Source: Chiloscyllium plagiosum (Eukaryota). Taken from it: DNA of 64,000 bases. The notes under the pieces are model-generated. The model ran no database searches, was not told where the DNA came from, and was given only the letters and a program-made list of their open reading frames with translations. The stretch spans positions 1,986,985-2,050,984 of the forward strand of contig NC_057757.1 of the NCBI RefSeq assembly GCF_004010195.1. Reading direction: 5' to 3'. Within the stretch, counting starts at the first letter, position 1; every line of letters begins with the position of its first letter. Positions 37,016 to 50,137 of this stretch are shown one piece after another. Made by a program: the position numbers and the translations under genes.

Positions 37016-37749
37016 CTACTGGGAACTTAGTCGTGCTGGGGACTCCCAGGAGGATGTTAGAACCAAAAGCATCGCTGAACTGGGCCAAGCATCTCTCCAC
37101 CAACTAGTGGGAGTCCCTGGCTTGCGGCTGACCAATATGGAGAAAGCTTATTCAGGAAGGTATGGGATGCATGAGTGCACTTGGTCAGAGAAGATGCAAA
37201 ATGAAAGAGAGTCATCCTCAATCCCAAGAGACCCCCACCTGAGGAGGTACCAACCTGCGATGGAGAGTATTTTGTGTGTGGGTCCAAAGAGAAAGACCTC
37301 ACTGCAGACCACAGAATCATGGGGTTTATGCAATTTATGGCACTGATGGTGACCATTCGGTCCACTCTGTCAATGTCAACCCTAAAAAGAACGATTCGGC
37401 CTCATCCCACTCTTTGTTTACAGTGAGTGGCCTGCGGAGGCAAGACTACAGGCCTAGGAAGCATCTTTAAATTCAGAGAGGTAGAGAGATAGGCAGAAAA
37501 ATAGGTAGATCACAAGTGCCAGTTGAGAGAGGAACTGATGGTTACACGGGTTTGAGAGAAAAATAGAGTAAGCTTTATTAAAATGAGTCTCTCAAGGGAG
37601 AACACATGGATAGCCCACTGTTTCATTGTATGTTATCAGGATGTGTACACTGACAGACCGTAGATTGAGATGCCCTTTGCTGAAGGAGGCCAAAATTGTT
37701 CAATGTGTTGAGGGAAGGACAGCATTTTTAATCAGGTAGACATTGTGTC

Positions 37750-37882
37750 AACAAAAACAGAAACTGCTGGAGAAACTCAGCAGGTCTGGCAGCACCTGGT
37801 GGAGAGAGAAAGCAGAGTTAATGTTTCGAGACCAGTTTTGAAGAAGAATTCAGATCTTCAGCATCCGCAGTTCTTGGTTTCA
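37750..37882. mobile_element. Older Penelope-derived palindromic mini-element (family also at ~39135-39265 and 46272-46488)
   Basis: gaaactgctggagaaactcagcaggtctggcagca...gagttaatgtttcg arm plus inverted cagcatccgcagttctt terminus. Confidence 0.6.
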
Positions 37883-39599
37883 TTTTAGAGAGAATGTGAA
37901 GATGAAGCCTGTGTTGTTAGGCCTCATCTCTCCCCCCCCAAAATCCTGACTGAGCTCAAATACAGAGGCAGAGTTAGGATCACACAGATAAAGCAGCCGA
38001 ACAAGATACCAAAGAAAGGAACTGGCGAGATTGATAGAAAGTCTGTTTTTTCTCTTGATGTGTAGGGGAGTCCAGAAACATGAAAATAGACTGATGGGCG
38101 TGAATAACAGGAAGTTCTTCTTCATGTACTGTGGAGTTGAAAGCTAGATCATTTGTCCCAAGATTAGTCATCTGGTCTGGAAGGTGGGGAAGGATCCAAT
38201 TGAAAATTTCTAAATTGCATTGAATCGATTTTTATTTGGAAAGGGGATTAAGGTAGATGAAGTGAACTATTCTGGAGTATCTTACTGAACGTTGCAACGG
38301 GCTCAGGAGACTGGTTCTATGTTTACATTAAGGTTTTTTAAATTCAATCATACAGAATGGCCCAAATAAGTAGTTACAGTATTTACTGGGAAAATGGAAG
38401 GGGGAACCAGGTCGTGAATACATAACACTTGGAGGCCCATACAATATATTGGTGTCAAATGTAAAAATGGCTGCTGATTTTTTAATATTGAGGGTAATAC
38501 AAATAAAAATAAATAAGTATTACTAGACAAATATATATTTTGGACTGAGATTTTTGTTCATTCATGGGATAGGGGTGTCACCAGCTGAACCCAGCATTTA
38601 TCACCAGTCCATAGTTGTCCCCTGAGAAAGTGGTGATGAGCTGTCTTCTCTGTGGTATAGTGACACCCACACAGTGCAGTTAAGGAGGGAATTCCATTGA
38701 CCCGATGACACTAAAGAAATGGCAATATATTTCCAAATCTGGATGGTGAGTGGCTCAGATGGGAACTTTGAGGGAGTGATATTCCCATATATCTGCTTTC
38801 CTTCTCCTTCCAGATGGTAGAGGCCATGGGTTTCGAAGGTGCTTTCAAAGTCTGTGTTGTGGATATGCCAGTTCAGGTTTTATACAAAGCATTGATGGGG
38901 ATGAATCTTATTTTCCCTCATTGCATCAAAGCTGGCTAACAAATGGTCACATCATTGTGCACTGTAGCATCTGAATGCGTGAAGATGGTTTACAGTGTGT
39001 TGTGCGATTGCTGCATAGATATTGCCAACTCTTGTTGCAATGCATTGTAGGAGATTTGTCACATGATCTCCCACCACCTACGCCCGCACTCCTGCCATTG
39101 GTCACCCAGCCTGCCAATCAAACATTGAACTTTGGCAGAAATTGCTGGAAAAACTCAGCAGGGTTTCAACCTCAGGCAGCAGTGACCCTTCTTTGGGACT
39201 GAAGAAGCTTTCTTCAATTTCTGTTTTAGTTTCAGAATTCCAGCGTCTGTAGTCCTTTGTTTTATTTGAGGCATTGAAATTGGTTGAACAAATCTTGACC
39301 CTCAGCCAAAAAGCCCTTTCTCCACATGAGAAAAGCACAATCCTTTAACTCCCCTGTGATTTTCCTTCTGTCTTAACTTCCTGGTAACTCTATGGTCAAT
39401 GCAGATAGCAAAGCATCCAGAGAGGGAGACGAGAAGGACTTTTTTTCACATGGCATCTTGTAGCGATATGCCTAAAAGGGCGGTGGGAGTAGTGGAATTT
39501 AGTAGGAACATTCAAAAGGCGAATTGTGTAAACACCATTATAACCAGTCCCCACCAATAATCCCCAATTCGTGACTGTCATGGGTAGCAGTATGATCTG

Positions 39600-40470
39600 A
39601 GGGGAATGCTACTGAACAAAGAGACCTTGCAGTCGCAGGTACACTGGGTGGTGAAGAAGGCATTTGGTATGCTTGCCTTTATTGGTCAGTGTAAGAGTTG
39701 GGAGGTCATGTTGCAGCTGTACCTGGACATTGGTTAGACCACTTTTGGAATATGGCGTAAAATTCTGGTCTCCCTGCTATAGGAAGGATGTTGTGCAACT
39801 TATAGATCATAGACTCCCTACAGTGTGGAAACAGACCCTTCAGCCCAGCAAGTCCATACTAAACCTCTGAAGAGTAACCCACCCAGACCCATTCCACTAC
39901 CCTATAATCTTATATTTACCCCTTACTAATGCACCTCACCTTCACATCCCTGAAGACTATGGGCAATTTAGCATGTCCAATTCAAATAACCTGCACATCT
40001 TAGGATTGTGGGTTCAGAAATGATTTGACAAGGATGTTTCCAGGATTGGAGGGTTTGAGCTTTAGGGAGAGACTGAATAGGCTGGGGCCGTTTTTCCCTA
40101 AAGCGTCAGAGGCTGAGGGGTGACCTTAAAGAAGTTTATAAAATCATATCCAAGGTCTTTTTCCCAGGGTAGGGGAGTCCAAAAATAGAAGGCACAGATT
40201 TAAGGTGAGGTTGAAAGATTTAAAAGGGACCCGAGGGTTAACTTGTTCATGCAGAGGGTGTTGTGTTTATGGAATGAGCTGCCAGAGGAAGTGTTGAAGG
40301 CTGGTACAGTTACAACATTTATTTGGCATCTGGATGGTACATGAATAAGGAGAGTTTAGAGGGATATGGGCCAAATTCTGGCAAATGGGTCTAAATTAAT
40401 TTAGGATATCTGTTTTGCATGGACAAGTTGGAGTGAAGTTTCTGTACTGTACATCTCTATGACTCTATGA
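39600..40470 (+). mobile_element. 5'-truncated CR1 with a minus-strand HE1 fragment (~39800-40010) nested
   Basis: LVRPLLEYGVKFWSPCYRKDVVQL, RVL..WNELP, tail ctctatgactctatga. Confidence 0.85.
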
Positions 40471-42159
40471 GAATGATCTGACTCTTCTGCTTTATTCACC
40501 TGCCTCCTCAACTGGTTGCAACAAAGTTAATGCAAAAAGGATCCCCTCCCTTGTGGATACATTTCTCGTGGACCAAATGAATTTCTGTTTTAAAAGGAAC
40601 CAATTAAACACCGTTACAACCAGTCCCCGCCAATGATCCCCAACTCGTGACAGTCCTGGGTAGCAATATGATCCAAGGGGAGTGCTACTGAACAAAGAGA
40701 CCTTGCAGTCGCAGGGTGGTAAAGAAGGCATTTGGTACTTTTTGAGCTAAAGAAAGAGTGAGCTTATTAGTAACTAAATGCAAGAAGACCTAATAACATA
40801 ATACACAGGCATTCAGGTCAGAAATGAGAAGGGAGTCCAAGAAAACATAGAAGACAGACTGATTGGTATCTGAGTTATTCATGAAGGGTAAATAATGGAA
40901 CATTGTGGCTGTAAAGTTGGGTGATATCAGTAATGTTCACATTAACAGTTGAGCAGTTCAATTTTGAGACTCTTAGCTTAACGAGTTAGTTGAGATTCTT
41001 TTATTCCTTTCAACAGTGACTGGTTTGCAGTTCTGAGAATGAATGCATGAATGGATAGTTTCATATCCTTTTACCTGCAATGCAGGGGTGTTTAATGGCT
41101 GTCATCAAACTGTGTTCTTCACAGGACATTAGTCCACATTCCCACATCATAGAATCAAAGACCATGCAAACAGACCCTTCAGTCCAACCAGTCCATGCCG
41201 AACATAATTCCAAACTAAACTAGTCCCACCTGCTTGCTCCTGGCCCATCTCCCTCCAAACCTTTCTTATTCATGTACTCATCCAAATGTCTTTTAAACAT
41301 TGTAATTGCACCAGCCACCACTTTCTCAGGAAGCTCATTCCACATGCGAACAACCCTCTGTGTAAAACAATTTTCACCTCATATCTTTTTAAAATCTCTA
41401 AACCAGTAGTTACAGATGGTTATTAGCCCCCTTTTAGTACATTCTTGGAAGGATAAACCAGAAAGTCTTTGACTCATGTCCAGGGATCTGAGGTGTAACT
41501 GAAAGGAGAGGTTTTTTTCCCTGCTGAGAGGAGACTATTAGATTGCCTCAAACTTCTGCTTTGTGAAGAATGTTTTGTTGGCTCCTACACTCCATGACAT
41601 TCCAGGGGTTTTCACAGAGTATCAGCAGTTCGTGAATTCCATGCGATAATGTTACCTAACGGCCAGGCTTGGTTTGCAGTTTTTGCTTAAAATAAGCACA
41701 TGTTTTGACTAAAACTTCATTAGGCCCATGAGTCATTTAAGGTTCCGATCCATCGTCATGACACTACTTGGAAGTGAAAAATGCGCAGGGTTTGAGCGGG
41801 AAAGCTTGCAGGACTAACTGGAAAGCTCATTCACTGGGCTGTCACAGATAATATGGGCTGAATGGCCTCCTCCTGTGTTGTTTGACCCTGTGATTCTGGG
41901 AAGTTAAATAAGCCCAGCAAAGTTGGCATAAGCACTCTCAGCAGAATCAGGAACAAGAAGGCTTTGCACTGGAGTTTGAGGTGTCAAAATGTTTGTAAAA
42001 GGGACTGGAAAGGCCTTTTTGAGAGAATGAGGGAAATGTAATGATGACAGCCTGGAACATGCACTGTCTAACTTCCAGATAATTCTACCTTGCTTGGGCC
42101 AGCTGCTGCTTGCCTGACTCTCTAGTCCAGCCAACTGTGTGACTTGTATACATATTTAA

Positions 42160-43650
42160 GATCATAAGACATAGGAGTGGAAGTAAAGCCATTTGGCCCA
42201 TTGAGTCCACTCCGCCATTCAATCACGGCTGATGAGCATTTCAGCACCACTTACCCTCACTCTCCCCGTATCTCTTAATTCCTTGCGAGATTAAGAACCT
42301 ATCAATCTCTGCCTTCAAGACATTTAATGTCCTGGCCTCCATTGCGTTCCGTGGCAATGAATTCCACAGGCCCACCACACTGGCTGAAGAAATGTCTCCT
42401 CATTTCCATCTTAAATTGACCCCCCTCTAATTCTAAGCCTGTGCCCACAGGTCTCAGCCTCCTTGTTTAAGTTTCCTTGTTTAAGAAGGGACATGGTAGG
42501 ATTGGAGTCAGTTCAGAAAAGGTTCATTTCGTGATTCCTGGGCCAAAGGGGCTTGTCTTATGAGGGAAGGTTGAATAGGTTGAGTCTAAATTCTCTCGCG
42601 TTTTAAAAAATGAGGACTTACTGAAAACGTTGTTTTGCAGGTATAGCAGGTAATTAAGAAGGCAAATGGAATATTGTCCTTCATTGCTAGAGGGATGGAG
42701 TTTAAAAACAGGGAGGTTATGCTGCAGCTGTATATCGTGCTGGTGAGGCCACACCTGGAGTATTGTGTACAGTTTTGGTCTCCTTACTTGAGAAAGGATG
42801 TCCTGGTACTGGAGGGGGTGCAGAGGAGGTTCACTGAGTTGATTTCGGAGTTGAGAGGGTTGGCTTATGAGGAGAGATTAAGTAGTCTGGGACTGTATTC
42901 ATTGGAAGTTAGAAGAATGAGGGGAATCTTACAGGAACATATAAAATTATGAAGGGAATAGATAAGATAGAAGCAGGGAGGTTGTTTCTGCTGGTGGGTG
43001 AAACTAGGTCCTGGGGGCATAGCCTCAAAATAAGGGGGAGCAGATTTTGGACTGAGTTGAGGAGGAACTTCTTCACCCAGAGGGTTGTGAATCTGTGGAA
43101 TTCCCTGCCCAGGGAAGCAGTTGAGGCTACCCCATTGAATGTTTTTTTTTAAGGCAAAGATAGATTTTTGAACAGTAAAGGAATTAAGGATTAGGGTGAG
43201 CAGGCAGGTAAGTGGAGTGGAGTCCATGAAAAATCAGCCATGATCTTATTGAATGGCGGAGGAGACTTGAGGGACCAGACGGCCTACTCCTGCTCCTAGT
43301 TTTAATGTTCTTATGTACGGTCCAGAGAAGGGCTTGACAATGTAAATGCTGAGTAGACACTTCCTTCCATGGGTGAATCTAGTATTGGGGGCCAGAAATT
43401 CAGCAAAAGTAATCTTCCGATGAAGGTGAACAGGTATTTCCCCTCTCAGAGAGTTGTGAATCTTTGGCATTCAAAATCCCAAAGAGCAAGAGAGGCTGAG
43501 GCATTGAAAAGATCCAAGGATGAGGGAATCAAGAAGGGGGACAGGCAGGAAAATCGAGTTGATCCATTGGATCAGCCATGATGTTTCTGAATCATGGAGC
43601 AGGCTCGAGGGGCCTGAATTGCCCGATCCTGCTCCTGTTTCTTGAGTTGT
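42160..43650. mobile_element. Cluster of CR1 3' fragments (42160-42470 minus; 42640-43315 and 43320-43650 plus)
   Basis: LVRPHLEYCVQFWSPYLRKD...RRNFFTQRVVNLWNSLP and CR1 3' UTRs. Confidence 0.85.
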
Positions 43651-44305
43651 TAAGAGCAACAGTGTCCACATCTGCTAAATGACAATTATAAGTAGCTCAT
43701 CAGACAGTATGCAAAAAGATTACTGAGAACTTTACAAGGGCTATTAAAGGTCATATTGAAATCCTATGGGAATGTGGCACCTGAATGGAATACAAAACTG
43801 GAGATTTATTTACATACATTTACATTTAAATCCACAACGTGCATGCAACACACAGCTACACCCTCTGTGGGGATGGGATAAACACACTCCCCACTCAAGA
43901 GGCCATTCACTACTTACTAGTTACTGAGCTAGTCAGTCAGTGGTCAGACCTAACCCAGAGATTATGACTTTGATACCACCTTGAACAACTGGAGCAATCA
44001 GTTAAGAAATCTAGACATAAAGAATTATTTGGTTTTATCAAGTTATTTAACTGATGCTGTTTAGGAATAGACACTTGCATGCTTACTTGGTGTATAACTG
44101 ATGTCAACATAGAATCCGTACAGTATGGAAGCAGGCCATTCAGCCCATCAAACCCCTCTGAAAGCATCTCAACCAGACCCACCTCCCTACCATCTCCCTG
44201 TAGCCCTGCATTTCCCATGGCTAACCCACCTAGCCTGCACATCCCTGGACACTACGGAACAATCTAGCATGACCAATCCAACCTCAGCTGCACATCATTG
44301 GACTG

Positions 44306-44828
44306 ATGTGGAAGTGCCGGTGTTGGACTGGAGTGGACAAGGTCACACAACACCAGTTATAGTTCAACAGGTTTGTGTGAAATCACAAGCTTTCTGAGCG
44401 CTGCCCCTTCATCAGGTAAAGTGAAGAAAAGCATTCAGGCACAGAATTTATAGGCAGAGAGATCAAAAGATCACACAAATGATGTGAATGGGAATGTCGA
44501 ATAAGTCTCTGCAGGTAATCAAAAGTGTCAGCAGCTGAATAGCAAGTGAAGATGATGAGCTATAATTCAATTAATTGAGGCAGAGAGATAGTTACTAAAA
44601 CTTGAAACTATTTTGATGCTGGAGACAAACCATATTGCTGGAATAACATGATAGGTGTATGAGTTGCTTGCTGAGGGTTTAGCAAAAGTAACAACTAATC
44701 CAAAACTGTACAAACTATTGAAGGGAGAGAGGTCATATCAAGGTGATGGTGTCAAAACAGGACAGTAGGAAGATTTTACAGATATAGAACAATATTGTGG
44801 GGTTACACATAGCGCGACTTGAACCCAA
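44306..44828 (-). mobile_element. 3' end of another Penelope-like family with hammerhead motif (44384-44418)
   Basis: Minus strand begins (L)GFKSRYV* (PLE-like C-terminus), later reads ac-CTGATGA-aggggc(agc)gctca-GAAAGCTT-gt. Flanked by an imperfect acatcatt..gga(c/t)tg duplication. Confidence 0.6.
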
Positions 44829-44896
44829 CATCATTTTTGGATTGTGGGAGGAAACCGGAGCACCTGGAGAAAATGCTTGCAGACACAGGGAGAATT

Positions 44897-45200
44897 GGGG
44901 CAGCACGGTGGCTCAGTGGTTAGTACTGCTGTCTAACAGCACCAGGGTCCCAGGTTTGATTCCAGCCTGTCTGTGTGGAGTTTGCACATTCTCCCCGTGT
45001 CTGCGTGGGTTTCCTCCGGGTGCTCCGGTTTCCTCCCACAGTCCAAAGTCAGGTGAATCGGCCACGCTAAATTGCCCATTGTGCTAGGTGCATTAGTCAG
45101 AGGGAAATGGGTCTGGGTGGGTTGCTCTTCAGAGGGTCGGTGTGGACTTGTTGAGTCGAAGGACCTGTTTCCACACTGTAGGGAATCTAATCTAATCTAA
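44897..45200 (+). mobile_element. HE1/V-SINE, near full length, nested
   Basis: ggggcagcacggtggctcagtgg head, V-domain, (aatct)n tail. Confidence 0.9.
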
Positions 45201-46271
45201 TGTGCGAACTCCACACAGACAATCGCCAGACAGTGGAATTGAACCCGGGTCCCTTTTGCTGGGAGGGAGCAGTACTTAGCACTGAGCCACCAACAGAGGG
45301 CACTATCAACTATAAGTGGCTCAGGAAAAAGGACTACCGATAGGGCATCTAAAGACAGGCAATAATTTGCCAACGATGCCTGTAACCAGAAAATCAGAGG
45401 GAAAAATATTTGATTTCTCCAGCAATTTCTTTGATTTGTAATGGGTTTTTAACAAAAATAACAACAGGAGTAGGTCATTTGGCCCTTGATAAGATCATCC
45501 TAGGTCTCGACTCAACCTTTCCGCACTATCTGCATCTCCCTCAGCATCCGAAACTCTCTTGATATTTGTCTCTGAAGTACAAAACGGCTGAACACTCACA
45601 ACGCTCCAGAGTGGAGAGCAGCAGGATTTACGTCCCTTGGGTGAAGATATTTCTACTCATTTCACTTCTAAGTCCTGAGCTGCGATCCCTAGCTAGGAGA
45701 AGCAGCCTCTCAACATCTACCCTGTCAATCCCTGTTGTACATTTGTCAGACAAAGTCACTCTTTTAAATGAATTTTCTGCCCCGTTCCACTTCCCAGAAA
45801 GGATTTCCAGTAGAAGGATAGGGCCATCAAGCTGCCTTACTGTTCAATTAAACCATGGCTGATTATCTACCTCAACAGCACTTTCCCGCATCGTCCCCAT
45901 TTGTGTACTTACTGTTTAGAAATCCATTTATTTCTATCTTGAACCTGCTCAAAGATTAATCCTTTGTCGACCGATGAGATTGAGAATCCTTAAAATTAAG
46001 CACCCCCTGGGCAGAGAAATAAGGGGTCTGTCCCTTATTCTACAACTACGTCTCTGGGTTTTAGACACAGTCACACTGCCTGTAAGTTTTAACAGGATCA
46101 CCTCTAACACTCTGAAACTTGAGACAATACAGGCCAAGTTTCCTCAACCTCTCTTCAAGGCAATCTACCTACACAGTACTCCCACTGATGCAAGACATCA
46201 GACTCTTACATATAGAGACCAAACTATATGTAAGCTATTCCCTGGTGAGTGGCTCCTTGCGATAATGAAAT

Positions 46272-46488
46272 CAATAAAAACTGAAAGAGCTACGGATGCT
46301 GTAAATCAGAAACAAAAACGGAGATTGCTGGAAAAGCTCAGCACGTCTGACAGCAATTGTGGAGAGAAATCAGAGTTAATGTTTTGGGTCTTTTCAGGTT
46401 CTGAGGAAGGGTCACTCGACCTAAAATATCGTCTCTGATTTCTCTCCACAGATGCTACCAGTCCTGCTGAGCTTTTTCAACAATTTCT
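46272..46488. mobile_element. Older palindromic Penelope-derived mini-element with decayed hammerhead
   Basis: Inverted arms gagattgctggaaaagctcagca...ggagagaaatcagag / ctctgatttctctccaca...gctgagcttttt. Core gtt-CTGAGGA-agggtc(actc)gacc is degenerate at GAAA. Confidence 0.65.
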
Positions 46489-47289
46489 TAGGTGGATTCA
46501 ATGTACTATGAAATCTTTGTTTAACAAGTTGCCTTCTTACCTCCTCTTTTACATGGTTTTGGGATCTGAAACCAAACTGACAGAATCTTGTGTGCCTGTG
46601 AAGGTATTAAGTACGTGAATCTTCCAGCATTGTGGGAAGTAGGAAAGCTAACTGGTGAGCTGTATGCAGTTCCTTGTCAAAAGGCTATCTTACCCTTTAA
46701 CAATCCCCCCTGCCCCCAAATCCTTTCATTAGCATGTCATTATTTGCACATCAATGGATCAGTGAACCCACCATGGAAAGTTAAGCAAACTTTGTTTTAA
46801 CTAGCAACTTATCAAACTGTACTCTTGATAAAACAACAATATCTATTATATATATGTGTACCTCAAATACCGCAATCTCACACAATGTCCAAGTGTTTAT
46901 GCTGTAACTGAAGTACAGCAGTGCATTACAATTCTGTTACTTACTGTGTGTGTTTAACATTGATTTTAGGAAGTGTGTTGATATTTCTAGTTAGAGTTTT
47001 TGAGGGTTGTTGATGTCTGAAGCTTTGCTTGGTCAGGATTTATTGCAGATATGCGTACCTTTGATTGTCTGGAGTATTAGGTCAATCGGTACACTCTTAT
47101 TCCCATTGGTGCCAGTTAATAAAAAGTTTGCGGTCTAAAGACACAATTGTTATTAATAACTATCAACTGATCTCTGTGGTCCAGACACTGACAGTTACAA
47201 ACATAGAGTCCTACTCCCTCTGACAATGGATTCTTATTGGACAACTAAAAGAAATCAAATATTCAATTAACCTTTCTTTTACAGTCAGA

Positions 47290-48250
47290 GTTTACACTCT
47301 TTGGTCCAACTCGTCCATGCTGAACAGGTATCCTAAATTAATCCAGTCCCATTTGCCAGAATTTGGCCTATTTCCCGCTCCCTATTCATTCACCCATCCA
47401 GATGCCTTTTAAATGTTGTAATTGTACCAGCCTCATCTTCGTCTGGCAGCTCATTCCATACACATACCACCCTCTGCATGAAAAAGTTGCCCCTTAGGTC
47501 TCTTTTGAATCTTTCCCCTCTCAACTTAAACTTATGCCCTCTAGTTTTGGACCGTCCACCCTGGGAAAAAGACCTTGGCTATTCACCCTTCCCATGCCCC
47601 TCATGATTTTATAAACTTCGATAAGGTTACCCCTCAGCCTCCTATGCACTAGGGAAAAAAAGCCCCAGCCTATTCAGCCTTTCCCTATAGCTCAAATCCT
47701 CCAAACCTGGCAACATCCTTGTCAATCATTTCTAAAACCTTTCAATTTTCTCAGCATCTTCCCAAAATCAGGGAGACCAGAATTGAACACAGTGTTCCAA
47801 AAGTGGCCTAACCAATGTCCTGTACAGCTGCAACATGACCTCCCAACTCCTATACTCAATGAACTGACCAATAAAGGCAAGCATACCAAATACTATCTTC
47901 ACCACTCTGTTTACCTGCAACTCCACTTTCAAAGAGCTATGAACCTGCACTCCAAGGTCTCTTTGTTCGGCTACACTCCCCAGGAGAAAGTAAGGTCTGC
48001 AGATGCTGGAGATTAGAGCTGGAAATGTGTTGCTGGAAAAGCGCAGCAGGTCAGGCAGCATCCAGGAAACAGGAGAATCGACGTTTCGAAGAAGGGCTTA
48101 TGCCTGAAACGTCGATTCTCCTGTTCCCTGGATGCTGCCTGACCTGCTGCGCTTTTCCAGCAACACATTTCCAGCTACACTCCCCAGGACCCTACCATTA
48201 AGCGTGTAAGTCCTATCCTGATTGGCCTCACCAAAATGCAGTACCTCACA
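47290..48250 (-). mobile_element. CR1 LINE 3' part, interrupted at 47986-48173
   Basis: EQRDLGVQVHSSLKV...LYRTLVRPLLEHCVQFWSP and 3' UTR. Confidence 0.88.
47986..48173. mobile_element. Young palindromic Penelope-derived mini-element, inverted at the hammerhead
   Basis: Perfect 16-bp TSD gctacactccccagga (47970-47985, 48174-48189). Near-perfect arms meet at gacgtttc|gaagaagggcttatgcctgaaacgtc. Confidence 0.88.
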
Positions 48251-49779
48251 TGTTCTTAATATTTCTCTCAGTACATTATATTCCAGTGTCGAGGAAGTTT
48301 GAACTTTGCAGCCAATCTTTTCACACTTTTATTTGAATTTATTTACAAGCCTTAGCCCAAATCTGTGTACCCATAGCAGCACAGGTAAATCCCCAGTTGA
48401 GTATGATTCAACAGGCTTCTTTATGGCCACCTTATTGACAAAACAGGGCTTTCAGTCCAAAAGAAACATCTCCAGCAATATAGCATTCCCTCAGTATTGT
48501 CAGCCTCAATGAAGGGCTCAGGTTTCTGGGGTTTGAAAGCTTTTATATTTTCGAAAGACACAATGCGGTGAACTTCCAGAAAAAATCATTTCCGATCATG
48601 GTGTTTTTCTAAGCAGGACGCTGTGCTTTTAAAGCAGCACGTGTCACGCGATGATGGGAATGTCATCCAATTAATATCACACAATGTTCTCATCCTGTGA
48701 TGCTGAAAGTAGTTGTAAACAGAATTTAACCACCTCCCTAATGTGCACTCACATATTTTAACCCTTCGAAGTTCAAATCTCCTCCCCCTGACCTGAGCTG
48801 TTTCTTCCATATTACATACGGCCTCAGGTTAAAAAAAAGACTTCTTTAAAAAGAGGTTTTTAGGAGCAAGGGGTCTGGTTTTGTTGGTTACTTAACACCC
48901 AATTTGGCCGGTTATTGGGTTACGTTTTAACAGTTTGCATAGATTAGTATAGCTTGGATTGCTGTCACAAACCTAAATTGTTACTCATCACAGAACATTG
49001 TGCAATTGCCGTGCAGAAAATCTATGGAATCCTGTCTCAGTGAACAAACTAAAGGACAGAAAGGATGCGAGAGAGGGATGATGGAGAGAGGGAGAGTGAG
49101 AGAGACAGGAAAGATGCAAAGTTCTTAGTCTCAATATTCTATCCAAGAAAATCCTGGAGGTGAGAATCCTTTGGGGTTGTCACATCAAGGATTCATTTGG
49201 GTGGATTTTCTACGTTTTTAGATTTGTAACAGGGCATCACAGCGGCCTAAAGGACTGGAGGCCATTTGGCCCAATTTGTGTTCCATGCTCTTTGAAAGTA
49301 CTTTCCAATCCTTCCTTTTCGAGTATTTTTCCGATTCCCTTTGTGGAAGTTCCTATTGAATGTGCGTTTCCCTTCAGGCAGATTACAACAATTCACAATG
49401 TTGATAAAAATTCCCATCATCCTCCACCACTATAGCCAATAACCTGACAATATTTAACACATTTCTCGAACTGCCCTGGAAAGGGTGGTGATGAGCCATC
49501 TTCGTGGACTTTAGACAATTATAAACAGCTTACTCTTATTTATCAAGATGATTAATTAATTTTGAAAAACTCCACCAAATCTTCCTTTTAATAGTCTCTG
49601 CTTCAAGGACAACCTAACTTTATTTTCATTCACTGGATGTGGGTGCCATTGCACGTTGCCAACTGTCCCTTTGAGAAGGTGGGGTGAGCTGCTTTCTTGA
49701 ACCACTGCAGTCCATGTGCTTTAGGGACACCCACAAAGTGCTGTTAGGGAGTGAGTTCCAGGATTTTGACCCAACAGTG

Positions 49780-50137
49780 ACATATGGCTCAGAGAGGGTG
49801 GACGCTAGGAAATTGTTTCCGTTAGGCGAGGAGACTAGGACCCGTGGACACAGCCTTAGAATTAGAGGGGGTAAATTCAGAACAGAAATGCGGAGACATT
49901 TCTTCAGCCAGAGAGTGGTTGGCCCGTGGAATTCATTGCCACAGAGTGCAGTGGAGGCCGGGACGCTAAATGTCTTCAAGGCAGAAATTGATAAATTCTT
50001 GATGTCACAAGGAATTAAGGGCTACGGGGAGAATGTGGGTAAGTGGAGTTGAAATGCCCATCAGCCATGATTGAATGGCGGAGTGGACTCGATGGGCCGA
50101 ATGGCCTTACTTCCGCTCCTATGTCTTATGGTCTTAT
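49780..50137 (+). mobile_element. Young CR1 3' end inserted in an older LINE
   Basis: KLFPLGEETRTRGHSLRIRGGKFRTEMRRHFFSQRVVGPWNSLP; tail tatgtcttatggtcttat. Confidence 0.88.

Larger units (their letters stand above)
44110..45291 (-). mobile_element. HE1/V-SINE split by two nested insertions
   Basis: Collinear pieces at 44110-44305, 44829-44895 and 45201-45291. Confidence 0.8.
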
